DNA of 64,000 bases, taken from assembly GCA_041395665.1 (NCBI GenBank), contig JAWLAB010000003.1, positions 215,285-279,284 on the forward strand, written 5' to 3'. Source of the DNA: Pseudomonadales bacterium (GTDB taxonomy: Bacteria > Pseudomonadota > Gammaproteobacteria > Pseudomonadales > UBA7239). The notes under the pieces were generated by a model, which saw only the letters and a program-made list of their open reading frames with translations, was not told where the DNA came from and searched no databases. A program made the translations under genes and the position numbers. Below, in pieces: positions 33,857 through 43,959 of the stretch. The stretch's first letter is position 1; each line of letters opens with the position of its first letter.

Positions 33857-34792
33857 TTAAATTTCGAGCAGTGCTTTTTCTAAACCGGCAATGTCTTCAA
33901 TGCCAAATGCTGTCATGTCTTTTTCGATGCGAGTGCAAAGACCGCAAAGCACTTTGCCAGCACCACATTCCACCACTTTTTGAATGCCTGCGTTAACTAA
34001 TGCTTTCACGCAATCCACCCACAATACTGGATGATCAATTTGTTGAATCATCAATGCTTTAATCGCTTCAGGATCAGCAGCAGTTTTTGCATTGACATTG
34101 TGAACAACGGGAATACTTGGTGCACGAAAAACTGTGGCGGCAATATGCTTTGCCATATTTTCTGCGGCAGGTTTCATCAAGGAAGTATGGAAAGGTGCGC
34201 TGACAGGCAGTGGTAGTACGCGTTTTGCACCAGCCGCCTTTAACAATTCAGAGGCTTTATCCACTGCCGCCACTTGACCGGCAATAACCACTTGCCCCGG
34301 CGAATTAAAATTCACCGCTTCCACTACGCCAACATCCGAGGCTTCTTTGCAAATCGATAAAATCTTTTCATCGTCGACATTCAAAACCGCCGCCATGCTG
34401 CCTTCACCTTTAGGCACAGCCGTTTGCATGTAAGCACCGCGTTTACGCACCAAATCTACTGCATCGCCAAACGCTAAAACATCCGCACACACCAGAGCCG
34501 ACCACTCACCCAAACTATGCCCTGCTAATAGAGCTGGCTTTTTGCCCTGCTTTTCTTGCCACACGCGCCACAACGCGACACTGGATGTCAGCAACAACGG
34601 CTGCGTAGTTTCCGTAGCATTTAATTGCTCTTGCTCGCCGTTTTGGCAGAGATTCCATAAGTCATAGCCCAACACTTCAGAGGCTTCGGCAAAAGTTTTT
34701 TGTACGATAGGAAATGCTGCTGCCATTTCAGACAACATACCCACTTTTTGTGAGCCCTGCCCAGAAAAAACAAATGCCAACGGTTTACTCAT
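33857..34792 (-). CDS. fabD: Malonyl-CoA-ACP transacylase
   Basis: Contains FVFSGQGSQKVGM and the active site LAGHSLGEWSALV. Confidence 0.95.
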   Translation of the reverse strand: MSKPLAFVFSGQGSQKVGMLSEMAAAFPIVQKTFAEASEVLGYDLWNLCQNGEQEQLNATETTQPLLLTSSVALWRVWQEKQGKKPALLAGHSLGEWSALVCADVLAFGDAVDLVRKRGAYMQTAVPKGEGSMAAVLNVDDEKILSICKEASDVGVVEAVNFNSPGQVVIAGQVAAVDKASELLKAAGAKRVLPLPVSAPFHTSLMKPAAENMAKHIAATVFRAPSIPVVHNVNAKTAADPEAIKALMIQQIDHPVLWVDCVKALVNAGIQKVVECGAGKVLCGLCTRIEKDMTAFGIEDIAGLEKALLEI

Positions 34793-34840
34793 GAATCCCC
34801 CTTGTTTAAAACCACTGTTTCAAAATACCGTTTCAAAGAA

Positions 34841-35851
34841 TTACTTCAAAGAAAGTTTTTGCAAAGTCTCGCCAATTTTGTGTGGAATTTTTTCTTTTGC
34901 TTCTAGACTTGCCACTTCAATCGCATGAAAAAAAGCATTGGCATCTGCCCCACCATGACTTTTGACTAAAGTAGAAGTAAAGCCCAAAAAACTGGCACCA
35001 TTATAGCGCGATGGGTTAATGCTCGAACGAAAGGCACTCAAAACCGGCGCGACTAAAACACCCAACACGCGGTAAATCCATTTGCGCTTGAACGCTTGCG
35101 ACAAATACTGGCGAATTAAACGCGCTGCGCCTTCGCTAGCTTTCAACGCGACATTACCAACAAAGCCATCGCAAACCACGACATCCACTTGATCAGAAAA
35201 AATTTGGTCTGCTTCGATAAAACCCGTGTAATGCAATGCAGTATCGGCTTGCAACAATGTTGCAGCTTGCTGCACTTGTTCATTGCCTTTGATGTCTTCC
35301 ACGCCAATATTCAGCAAGCCAACACGCGGTTGTGTTCTGCCCAAAACAGCAGAAGCCAATACCGAACCCATGATGGCAAATTGATGCAGGTTCTCAGCGC
35401 CCACTTCAACATTGGCACCGACATCCAACAAATACGCTTTGCCATTCACCGTAGGAATCGGCGCACAAATCGCAGGGCGATCAATACCAGCAAAGCGTTC
35501 GAGTAAATGATGCCCAATCACTAACATCGCGCCGGTATTGCCGGCACTGACAAACGCTTGCACTTCACCTTCAGCGAGCAATTGAATACCGCGATACAAC
35601 GAAGAATCTTTTTTATTGCGCAGTGCTTGCAGAGGCTTGTCATTCATCGACACCGTTTGCGTAGTGTGAACAATGCGCAAGCGCGTGTTGTCATTGTGTT
35701 GTAGTTTAGCTAATTCTTTTTGGATGGCTTCGTTGTCGCCGAGCAACAACAAATTGATATCTGACAGAAACGACAATGCCCGCACACTGGCGGGCACTGT
35801 GACGCGAGGACCAAAATCCCCGCTCATGGCGTCAATAGCAATTGTGATCAT
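34841..35851 (-). CDS. plsX: Phosphate acyltransferase
   Basis: Contains ITIAIDAMSGDFGP, VSAGNTGA and VKSHGGA. Synteny with rpmF. Confidence 0.93.
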   Translation of the reverse strand: MITIAIDAMSGDFGPRVTVPASVRALSFLSDINLLLLGDNEAIQKELAKLQHNDNTRLRIVHTTQTVSMNDKPLQALRNKKDSSLYRGIQLLAEGEVQAFVSAGNTGAMLVIGHHLLERFAGIDRPAICAPIPTVNGKAYLLDVGANVEVGAENLHQFAIMGSVLASAVLGRTQPRVGLLNIGVEDIKGNEQVQQAATLLQADTALHYTGFIEADQIFSDQVDVVVCDGFVGNVALKASEGAARLIRQYLSQAFKRKWIYRVLGVLVAPVLSAFRSSINPSRYNGASFLGFTSTLVKSHGGADANAFFHAIEVASLEAKEKIPHKIGETLQKLSLK

Positions 35852-35900
35852 CAGGTGTTAGCAACTTTGCCAAGCAACTGGTGCACAACTGCACATGATT

Positions 35901-36080
35901 TTATTCGCCAGCGTTTTCAACCACTTTGCGACCGCGGTAGAAACCGTCCGCAGTCATGTGGTGACGCAGATGCTTTTCACCGGTTACTGAATCTACTGAC
36001 AGCGTGCTAGCAGTCAAAGCATCATGTGAACGACGCATGCCACGGCGTGAACGAGATTTACGGCTTTTTTGTACGGCCAT
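35901..36080 (-). CDS. rpmF: 50S ribosomal protein L32
   Basis: Absent from the ORF track, probably because of its short length (59 aa). The reverse complement reads [59 protein letters not shown]. Confidence 0.93.
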   Translation of the reverse strand: MAVQKSRKSRSRRGMRRSHDALTASTLSVDSVTGEKHLRHHMTADGFYRGRKVVENAGE

Positions 36081-36160
36081 TGTTTGGAACTCCTACCTAA
36101 ATAATGTTTTGCTTGGCAATTCATGGAAACGCCACTAAGACGTTTTGTTTCCGTCCGTTT

Positions 36161-36682
36161 TCAAGTTTGCCAGCACCTGAAACGGATTGGGGGATTTCTC
36201 TGCCTCTGATGCTTCCGCCAGAAGTTCTTCAAACTGTTGCCGATTTCACACACGCCTTTTTCATGCGTTGCCACAATCGGCAGCGCCAATAACAACCCGT
36301 CTTCTACGGTTGCCAGCACATCCAACACATCGTTTTCCATCAGCACTGGATCCAATGAACGCGACAACTGCGCCGCCTGCTCATCACTCCATACCAAGGC
36401 CAAACTTGTGTCCGCTTGAACGGCTACATCAACCTGCTCTAAGCAGCGCTGACACACCAAAGGCAATACCGCTGTGACCGTACCATGTATCACTTTGCGG
36501 GATTGCTCATCCAACGAAAACTGCCAATCCACTTGCGCTTGACCGTTTTGGTGACACAACTGATCGCCCAAACGATGTAACTGCGCAAACGATGCACTAC
36601 CTGACAGATGCCCGCCCTGCTGACAAAGCTTCACCGCGTCAACATGGTGTGGCAATGGCGAGCTGGCAGATGCACTGTGCAT
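36161..36682 (-). CDS. yceD: YceD/DUF177 (large ribosomal RNA accumulation protein)
   Basis: 173 aa, containing VCQRCLEQV. It occupies the canonical position upstream of rpmF. Confidence 0.85.
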   Translation of the reverse strand: MHSASASSPLPHHVDAVKLCQQGGHLSGSASFAQLHRLGDQLCHQNGQAQVDWQFSLDEQSRKVIHGTVTAVLPLVCQRCLEQVDVAVQADTSLALVWSDEQAAQLSRSLDPVLMENDVLDVLATVEDGLLLALPIVATHEKGVCEIGNSLKNFWRKHQRQRNPPIRFRCWQT

Positions 36683-36742
36683 AGGCGGCGCATTCTATGG
36701 ATAGATCATTGATATGTCAAAGAAATTGCCGCGAAATGCAGG

Positions 36743-38620
36743 CTAAATCTCGATCTGCGTACCCATTTCCACCACGCGGTTAGGCGGGATATTGAAATAG
36801 GTAGTAGCTGGCATCGCGTTGCGTGTCATCACTGCAAAAATCTTATCCAAAACCCAAGACATTCCTGAATCCTTGCTAGGAATCAAATGCTCACGCGACA
36901 GGAAAAAAGTCGTCTCCATAAGATTAAAGTTCACGCCAAACGGTTCACAATCTTCCAGTAATTGAGGGATATTGGGGCTCTCTTGAAAACCGTAAGAGCC
37001 GCGCACAACAAAGAATCCCGGCGCAAGATCTTCCACATGGATACGGTCACCCTGCGGCACAAAGGGGATTTCCTGCGTCTCTATCGTCAGAAAAACAACG
37101 CGTTCGTGTAGCACCTTGTTGTGCTTTAAGTTATGCAACAAGGCATGAGGCACTCGATTCAGCGAGCTCGTCATAAAAACGGCCGTTCCTGGGACAGTAA
37201 CCGGCTCACTGACTTTAATATCTTCCAAGAAAGGACGAAGCGGTTCACTTTCTCTGCCCAAAGCATCAGAAAGAAAGCGTCGACCTTTTCGCCAGGTAAA
37301 CATCAGCAGCATCATGCTGCCTGCAACAAGTAGCGAGAACCAACCACCTTCAGGAATTTTCAAGACATTCGGGAATAAGAATAGTGTATCAATGGTAAAT
37401 AGCACTACGCCTATGACCACAACACTCCACAGTGGCCAACGCCACAAACGATGTGCCACAAAGCAGGCCAGAATCGTATCGACCATCATGCCCATCGTCA
37501 CCGAAATGCCGTAAGCACCTGCGATATTGCCCGAGTTGCGAAAGCCGAGTATCAACAAGATCACTGCTATCATCAAAAACCAGTTCATCATAGGGATGTA
37601 GATTTGGCCAATTTCTTTGGATGATGTATGTGCAATGCGCATACGAGGCCAGAAACCCATTTGAACCGCCTGACGCGTAACAGAAAACACGCCAGAAATA
37701 ACGGCTTGCGATGCAATAACGGTGGCACAAGTAGCAAGCAGCAACAGAGGCCACAAGAACCAATCTGGTGCCAATAAATAGAATGGATTTTCAATTGCTT
37801 GTGGATTGGTTAATAGCAGCGCACCCTGTCCTAAATAGTTCAAAGTCAGCGCAGGCAACACAAAACGCAACCAAGCCACTTGAATAGGCTTCCTACCAAA
37901 GTGCCCCATATCGGCATACAGTGCCTCCGCCCCTGTAACAGCCAGAACGACCGCGCCAAATGCCAAAAGACTACCCAAACCGTGCTCGCTAAAAAACTTC
38001 GCGGCATACCAAGGATTGAGTGCCTCCAAGACAGCCGGGTATTTAATGACATTGATGATGCCAAGCACTGCCAATACCGAAAACCATATCAACATAACAG
38101 GGCCAAATAACGCACCAACGCGCGCTGTACCTTTGCGTTGAAACAGGAATAAGGCCACGAGAATTGAAATAGCAAGAGGGATAGTGACATGGTGCAAACT
38201 TGGTGCCACGACCTTCAAACCTTCCACCGCCGACAACACTGAAATGGCTGGTGTGATAACGCCATCACCATAAAACAGGCTAGCGCCACAGATACCCGTT
38301 AATGCCAAAACACCTTTCAGCTTTTCACTTTTTACGCCTGTGCTGCGTGACAAAGCGAGCAGCGCGAGGATACCGCCTTCACCGTGGTTATCGGCGCGCA
38401 TGATGAACAAAACATATTTGACGGTAACAACGAGCACCAAAGCCCAAAACACCAGAGACAGTACGCCCATGATGTTGTCAGGAGTCAGTGCTACAGGATG
38501 ATGCCCGACAAAGCACTCCCGCAAGGTATATAACGGACTAGTACCGATATCACCGTAAACAACGCCCAAAGCAGCCAGCGCCAATGTGCGCATTGAATTC
38601 GGTGTAGAAGTGCTCGACAT
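36743..38620 (-). CDS. kup: Potassium uptake protein Kup
   Basis: Begins MSSTSTPNSMRTLALAALGVVYGDIGTSPLYTLRECF and has 12 TM-type hydrophobic segments. The start at the internal Met matches the E. coli Kup N-terminus. Confidence 0.92.
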   Translation of the reverse strand: MSSTSTPNSMRTLALAALGVVYGDIGTSPLYTLRECFVGHHPVALTPDNIMGVLSLVFWALVLVVTVKYVLFIMRADNHGEGGILALLALSRSTGVKSEKLKGVLALTGICGASLFYGDGVITPAISVLSAVEGLKVVAPSLHHVTIPLAISILVALFLFQRKGTARVGALFGPVMLIWFSVLAVLGIINVIKYPAVLEALNPWYAAKFFSEHGLGSLLAFGAVVLAVTGAEALYADMGHFGRKPIQVAWLRFVLPALTLNYLGQGALLLTNPQAIENPFYLLAPDWFLWPLLLLATCATVIASQAVISGVFSVTRQAVQMGFWPRMRIAHTSSKEIGQIYIPMMNWFLMIAVILLILGFRNSGNIAGAYGISVTMGMMVDTILACFVAHRLWRWPLWSVVVIGVVLFTIDTLFLFPNVLKIPEGGWFSLLVAGSMMLLMFTWRKGRRFLSDALGRESEPLRPFLEDIKVSEPVTVPGTAVFMTSSLNRVPHALLHNLKHNKVLHERVVFLTIETQEIPFVPQGDRIHVEDLAPGFFVVRGSYGFQESPNIPQLLEDCEPFGVNFNLMETTFFLSREHLIPSKDSGMSWVLDKIFAVMTRNAMPATTYFNIPPNRVVEMGTQIEI

Positions 38621-38700
38621 ACCAGCCCGCCTGTACGGTGAAGGGGGGGGCATCCTAGCATGCGCTATACTGGCGGACTACCGAAAATAACGACAAAAAC

Positions 38701-40983
38701 ATGTTGCGCTTCCTTGTCTTTTTTGCTGTTTTTTTTGCCTTGTTAGGCTGTGAAAAAAAACCATCAGAACCGCCAGTTAACATCACAAGCACGGCTTCAA
38801 CCTCTCAGGAAAAGCACCGCGCAGCAGCCACTTATGTCGGCAGCGAGCAATGCCAATCCTGTCACGCAACTGAACAGCAACAGTGGCAGAACTCCGATCA
38901 CCACAAAGCCATGATGCTCGCTGATAAGAACAGCGTACTCGGCGATTTCTCCGCGCCACCACTGAAACACCATCAACAAAAAACTTCCTTTAACGCGACC
39001 GACAATCAGTACACGATCAGCACCGATCAAGGCACACCTTCCGCTGCAACCGTAAACCTGCAATACACTTTTGGCGTTTTCCCGTTACAGCAATACCTCA
39101 CAGCTTTGCCTGATGGTCGCTGGCAGAGCCTGCCATTTGCGTGGGACTCACGCCCTGTTAATGAAGGTGGCCAGCAATGGTTTCACCTCTACGCCAATGA
39201 GCCCATTACACCCAACGATGTTTTGCATTGGCGTTCGCCCTCTCACAATGCCAATCACATGTGCATTGAATGTCACAACACGGATTTCAAAAAAAACTTT
39301 CAGCCTGATAACAATGCATTTCAATCCACTTGGCTGGAAACCGGTGTAGGCTGTGAATCTTGTCACGGCCCTGGCTCCAAACATATCGCGTGGGCAAAAA
39401 ATCCAAACAATTCTCAAGAAAAAAATAAAGGTTGGGATATCACACTCACCTCAGGCTCACCAGTATTATGGAAACCACAAACAGCGGCAGAAAAGCCGTC
39501 ACGAAATGCTTCCGCTGACAGCACACAAATTGAACGCTGTGCGCAATGTCACAGCCGACGCAGTCGTATTGATACAAGCAACGACAAAGAAAAATTTCTC
39601 GATGCGTTTATGCCAGTTTTATTGGATGAATCACTGTATTTCCCAGACGGACAAATCCAAGACGAAGTCTATGAATACGGATCATTCTTACAAAGCAAAA
39701 TGGCGCAGCACGGTGTCACTTGCAGTAACTGCCACAACCCACACAGTGGCAAGGTAAAAATTGAAGGCAATGGCTTATGTTTGCAATGCCACAGCACCGA
39801 ATACGACAAACCCAAACACACGATGCACCCACCCAATACCGCAGGCAGTTTGTGCGTGAACTGTCATATGCCTGAGCGCACTTACATGACTGTTGATGCG
39901 CGCCGCGATCACAGTATGCGTATTCCGCGCCCAGATTTAACCGAAAGTCTCGGTACACCTAACGCCTGCAACAACTGCCACAGCGATAAATCTGCCGCAT
40001 GGGCAACAAAAGCGATTGATAAAAATACGGATAAAGATTGGCAAACGCCTCATTACGGTAGCGTCATCGCACAGGCGCGCGCAGCAATGCCATCCTCCTA
40101 CAATGCACTGGTCGATTTGATTAAAGATGAATCACAGCCTGCCATCGTGCGAGCTACCACTATCAATTTGCTGCCCAATTTTCCAACGCGAGATTATTTA
40201 CCGCTAGTCATCAATTCACTAAAAAGTAACGATGATCTAATAAAACTCGGCGCATTGCGCGCAGCAGAAACACTGCCGCCCGATCAGCAATCTTCACTAT
40301 TGCCTTTACTGGATGACGACACAAAAGCGATTCGCATTGAAGCTGCACGCTTACTAGCAGGAAATCCTCTTGTGCAAGACAGCACGCGCTTTGCTAATGC
40401 GCGACAGGAATATATCGACAGCCAAAATATTGACGCCGATCGCGCACCAGCATTGACTAACTTAGCCAGTCTCGCCATGCGCGAACAGCGCATAGCCGAT
40501 GCAGAAACCTTGCTGAAAACAGCGATACAGCGAGAGCCTTACTACATTCCTGCATCTGCCAATTTGGCTGATTTATATCGCGCACTGCAACGCGAAACCG
40601 ATGCCGAGCGCGTATTAAAAAAAGCAATGCAACTTGCGCCTAACAATACCGATTTAATGATGTCTTACGCCTTGTGGTCCGTGCGTAACGGCAAACTGGA
40701 CGAGGCCGTTACGCAACTACAAAAAGCCACGCAGCAATCTGAAAACCCTCGCCTCTACTATCTTTACGCATTGGCCTTACAACAAAAAGGCAAAGTAGAA
40801 GAAGCGATGCGTGTTTTGGATAAAGCAGCCGCCCTACCCACCTACAGTCGCGATGTGCAGCTGGCGCGTGTAACGATGGCAATCGACAGCAAACAATACG
40901 AGAAAGCCAATAATTACTTAAAAGCGTGGCAGCAGTTGGATCCACTAGATCCAGCAGTGTTGGAAATGACAAGAAAACGTTGA
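38701..40983 (+). CDS. Lipoprotein multihaem (8 x CxxCH) cytochrome c fused to a TPR/helical-repeat domain
   Basis: Lipobox LLGC. There are eight CxxCH motifs: CQSCH, CIECH, CESCH, CAQCH, CSNCH, CLQCH, CVNCH and CNNCH. The C-terminal roughly 300 aa is TPR-like (e.g. ADAETLLKTAIQREPYYIPASANLADLY). Confidence 0.8.
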   Translation: MLRFLVFFAVFFALLGCEKKPSEPPVNITSTASTSQEKHRAAATYVGSEQCQSCHATEQQQWQNSDHHKAMMLADKNSVLGDFSAPPLKHHQQKTSFNATDNQYTISTDQGTPSAATVNLQYTFGVFPLQQYLTALPDGRWQSLPFAWDSRPVNEGGQQWFHLYANEPITPNDVLHWRSPSHNANHMCIECHNTDFKKNFQPDNNAFQSTWLETGVGCESCHGPGSKHIAWAKNPNNSQEKNKGWDITLTSGSPVLWKPQTAAEKPSRNASADSTQIERCAQCHSRRSRIDTSNDKEKFLDAFMPVLLDESLYFPDGQIQDEVYEYGSFLQSKMAQHGVTCSNCHNPHSGKVKIEGNGLCLQCHSTEYDKPKHTMHPPNTAGSLCVNCHMPERTYMTVDARRDHSMRIPRPDLTESLGTPNACNNCHSDKSAAWATKAIDKNTDKDWQTPHYGSVIAQARAAMPSSYNALVDLIKDESQPAIVRATTINLLPNFPTRDYLPLVINSLKSNDDLIKLGALRAAETLPPDQQSSLLPLLDDDTKAIRIEAARLLAGNPLVQDSTRFANARQEYIDSQNIDADRAPALTNLASLAMREQRIADAETLLKTAIQREPYYIPASANLADLYRALQRETDAERVLKKAMQLAPNNTDLMMSYALWSVRNGKLDEAVTQLQKATQQSENPRLYYLYALALQQKGKVEEAMRVLDKAAALPTYSRDVQLARVTMAIDSKQYEKANNYLKAWQQLDPLDPAVLEMTRKR

Positions 40984-42945
40984 TCAGCTTTTCGGTTGCT
41001 TACGCAACATTGGCGTCACATTTGAAGAGTTTTCTTTACTCGTTTCGTATGAAATATGATTGTGGCGCCAAACCACATCATTAATCGGTTGATCTGAAAA
41101 GCTGCCAACCACTTCACTCAGTAAGTTCTTGATGGTTTGACAATCGTTTTCTGCACAAGCTTGTTGTAGCTGATCAAGGCAAGCCAATAAATTAGAGAGT
41201 GGCAAAAAATTTTCTTCTGCACGCATAATCATTGGATGCCCCGTGCCAGATACTTTGTCACCCAAAATTAATTCTTCATACAGCTTTTCACCCGGGCGCA
41301 AACCACTAATTACAATTTCTATGTCGCCCTCAGGATTTTTTTCATTTCGCAGTGAGCGCCCTAATAAAGTAATCATCCTCTCTGCCAGCTCCATAATGCG
41401 CACCGGCTTGCCCATATCTAAAACAAAGACTTCACCGCCCTCACCCATGCTGCCTGCTTGCAACACCAACTGAGCAGCTTCGGGAATCGTCATGAAGTAA
41501 CGCATGACATCAGGGTGCGTCACTGTGACTGGTCCACCATCATTAATTTGCTCAAAAAACAGAGGCACAACAGAGCCGGAAGATCCCAGCACATTACCGA
41601 AACGCACAATACCGAAACGCGTACTCGTCTTTTCACTGGCATAAGCCTGACAAATTAATTCTGCACAGCGTTTGCTTGCCCCCATTGCGCTGACGGGGCG
41701 TACCGCTTTATCAGTAGAAATCAATACAAAAGTTTCCACGGCATTTTCCGTGGCAGCTTTTACTAGAGACCAAGTGCCCATCACATTATTACGCACACCT
41801 TCGGCCATATTGTTTTCAACAATTGGCACATGTTTGTATGCACCGGCGTGATAAATTGTCTGTACTTGGAAGCTTTTAATGATATGTGCCATTTGCTGTT
41901 GGTTGACCGTATTACCCAACAAAGACACGAGTTCAATGGCTGGAGAATCCATACTCTGTAAAGTTTGCCGCAACTCCATATCAATCTGGTACAAACCAAA
42001 TTCATTGGTATCAACCAACAATAAAATACGCGGCTCGTTTAGTAGAATCTGCCGACACAACTCACTACCAATAGAACCTGCAGCGCCCGTCACCATAACC
42101 ACTCGTTCACGAATGCAGCGATCCAATAAATGCATATCGGGCTCAACTGGGACGCGCCCTAAGATATTGTCATAAACATGCGCAACATCGGTGCCGCGCA
42201 AAGAACTATCCAACAGTTCCTCAATGCCGGGAACCATGTGGGATCCCACACCCATTTCTGCCAATTCTTGAACAATCTCTTTGCGACGCTGCAGTGATGA
42301 AGACGGCATCGCGATCAATACTTTGGTGATGCCGTGTCGTTCAAACAAAGATGGAAGATTCAACGCGGCATACACAGGCAAGCCATCAAGAATCATGCCT
42401 TGCTTGGCCAAATTATCGTCAACAAACAACACCGGCTTGTATTCGTTACTACGCTCTAACGCCTGATAAACCTGCAAGCCTGAAGAACCCGCACCGTAAA
42501 TTGCCACACGCTCACGGTGAATTTCTACACCTTTATGATAGTAAGCGCGAATCACCATTCGCGATCCGCCAATAAAAATATAAGCAAAACATAAATAAAT
42601 GATGGGAACTGAACGCGGCATGAACATGTCGCTCATATAGGCAATCACAGCAACAATCAGCGCAGAAATTAAAACTCCCTGCATCACCGCAAAAATTGCC
42701 TGTTGCCCCATATAGCGAATAATGGAGCGGTATAAACCCAAACGACCAAAAGCAAACAATGACAGAGATAAGCTCAATGCCAACAATGCGTATTGTGACG
42801 CTTGCTGTGGCAGCCACACTTCGCCTAAACGCGCCCAAAAAGCAAACAGTAACGCCGTGGCCAACAAAGCAAAATCCACAAGCAACATGACAATTTGTTT
42901 GTAATATTGATGCAGAGATCGACTAATTTTTCGAGCAATATTCAC
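40984..42945 (-). CDS. Membrane-anchored nucleotide-sugar 4,6-dehydratase (WbpM/PglF/CapD family)
   Basis: N-terminal TM helices, two Rossmann regions (VAIYGAGSSG; VMVTGAAGSIGSEL), and ISTDKAVRPVSAMGASKR. Confidence 0.88.
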   Translation of the reverse strand: MNIARKISRSLHQYYKQIVMLLVDFALLATALLFAFWARLGEVWLPQQASQYALLALSLSLSLFAFGRLGLYRSIIRYMGQQAIFAVMQGVLISALIVAVIAYMSDMFMPRSVPIIYLCFAYIFIGGSRMVIRAYYHKGVEIHRERVAIYGAGSSGLQVYQALERSNEYKPVLFVDDNLAKQGMILDGLPVYAALNLPSLFERHGITKVLIAMPSSSLQRRKEIVQELAEMGVGSHMVPGIEELLDSSLRGTDVAHVYDNILGRVPVEPDMHLLDRCIRERVVMVTGAAGSIGSELCRQILLNEPRILLLVDTNEFGLYQIDMELRQTLQSMDSPAIELVSLLGNTVNQQQMAHIIKSFQVQTIYHAGAYKHVPIVENNMAEGVRNNVMGTWSLVKAATENAVETFVLISTDKAVRPVSAMGASKRCAELICQAYASEKTSTRFGIVRFGNVLGSSGSVVPLFFEQINDGGPVTVTHPDVMRYFMTIPEAAQLVLQAGSMGEGGEVFVLDMGKPVRIMELAERMITLLGRSLRNEKNPEGDIEIVISGLRPGEKLYEELILGDKVSGTGHPMIMRAEENFLPLSNLLACLDQLQQACAENDCQTIKNLLSEVVGSFSDQPINDVVWRHNHISYETSKENSSNVTPMLRKQPKS

Positions 42946-42947
42946 AA

Positions 42948-43958
42948 CTAACCTTTAGTTTCTCTCACTCGTAGCACACGCTCCGAGTACAACGCGATCA
43001 AACCGTAACACACAAACCAAACCAATGGCAGCCCAATCTCAAGCCAACGCCATTGACATACCTGCTGCACAACAACGGAAGCGGCACACAACAACATCAA
43101 ACCGATATTGATACCCACAACGCGGCGGTGGCTGTATCCGGCCAAAACCCATCGCTGATAGTAATGCTGCCGATGAGGTAGCCATACTTTTTCACCACGA
43201 TACAAACGACGCAGCAGCGTCGCTGTAGCATCCACCCAAAAGGGAGAAAAAATCACCATCGGCATCCACAACGGATAAATCTTCAACTTCCAACCCCAAA
43301 CGCTCAATCCCCCCATTGCCAGCCCCAGCAAAGTAGAGCCGCTGTCGCCCATAAAAATGCGGGCTGGTGGGAAATTAAAACAGAGAAAGCCCAAGCAGGC
43401 CGCAGAAATTATTGCGCAGAGCATTGCGAATTCCACCTGCCCTTGCATTACACCCGAAATAGCCAGCGCAGCAAAACCGATGCAAGCCATGCTGCCGGCA
43501 AAGCCATCCATGCCATCCATGAAATTGAATAAGTTGATACTCCACACCAACACCAAAACACCTAATACAGGCCACAACCATGAAAGTATTTGCCAATCGA
43601 CATACAAACCATCTCCCCACACCAAAAGCAGCGCCGCAAAACACTGCACAACCAAGCGTACGAATGGCGGCAAACCCTTTTTGTCATCCCACAGTGCGGC
43701 AGCCAACAAAACCACTGTCGCTGCACACGCAAAAACGCTGATCGCTGCATTCAACGCAAAATGGCACAGAACCACTCCAATAAAAACACCTGCGACAATA
43801 GCAACGCCGCCCAAGCGCGGCACGGGTGTTACATGCAATGAGCGATCATTGGGATGATCAAGCAATATTTTCTTTCCGCGCGTAACAATCCAATAACACA
43901 CAGAAAATGAGACCGCGAATACAAACAATGCCATCAAGATGAATGACGATAACATCAT
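42948..43958 (-). CDS. Polyprenyl-phosphate N-acetylhexosamine-1-phosphate transferase (GT4, WbpL/WecA/MraY family)
   Basis: Multi-TM protein containing DDKKGL, NLFNFMDGMDGFAG and FMGDSGSTLLG. Confidence 0.88.
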   Translation of the reverse strand: MMLSSFILMALFVFAVSFSVCYWIVTRGKKILLDHPNDRSLHVTPVPRLGGVAIVAGVFIGVVLCHFALNAAISVFACAATVVLLAAALWDDKKGLPPFVRLVVQCFAALLLVWGDGLYVDWQILSWLWPVLGVLVLVWSINLFNFMDGMDGFAGSMACIGFAALAISGVMQGQVEFAMLCAIISAACLGFLCFNFPPARIFMGDSGSTLLGLAMGGLSVWGWKLKIYPLWMPMVIFSPFWVDATATLLRRLYRGEKVWLPHRQHYYQRWVLAGYSHRRVVGINIGLMLLCAASVVVQQVCQWRWLEIGLPLVWFVCYGLIALYSERVLRVRETKG

Positions 43959-43959
43959 T

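Noticed and set aside
38621-38653. An upstream ATG giving Kup an MPPPSPYRRAG extension through the C8 tract.
   Set aside because: The Kup N-terminus aligns with known Kup proteins from the Met at 38620. The extension is low-complexity and probably untranslated.
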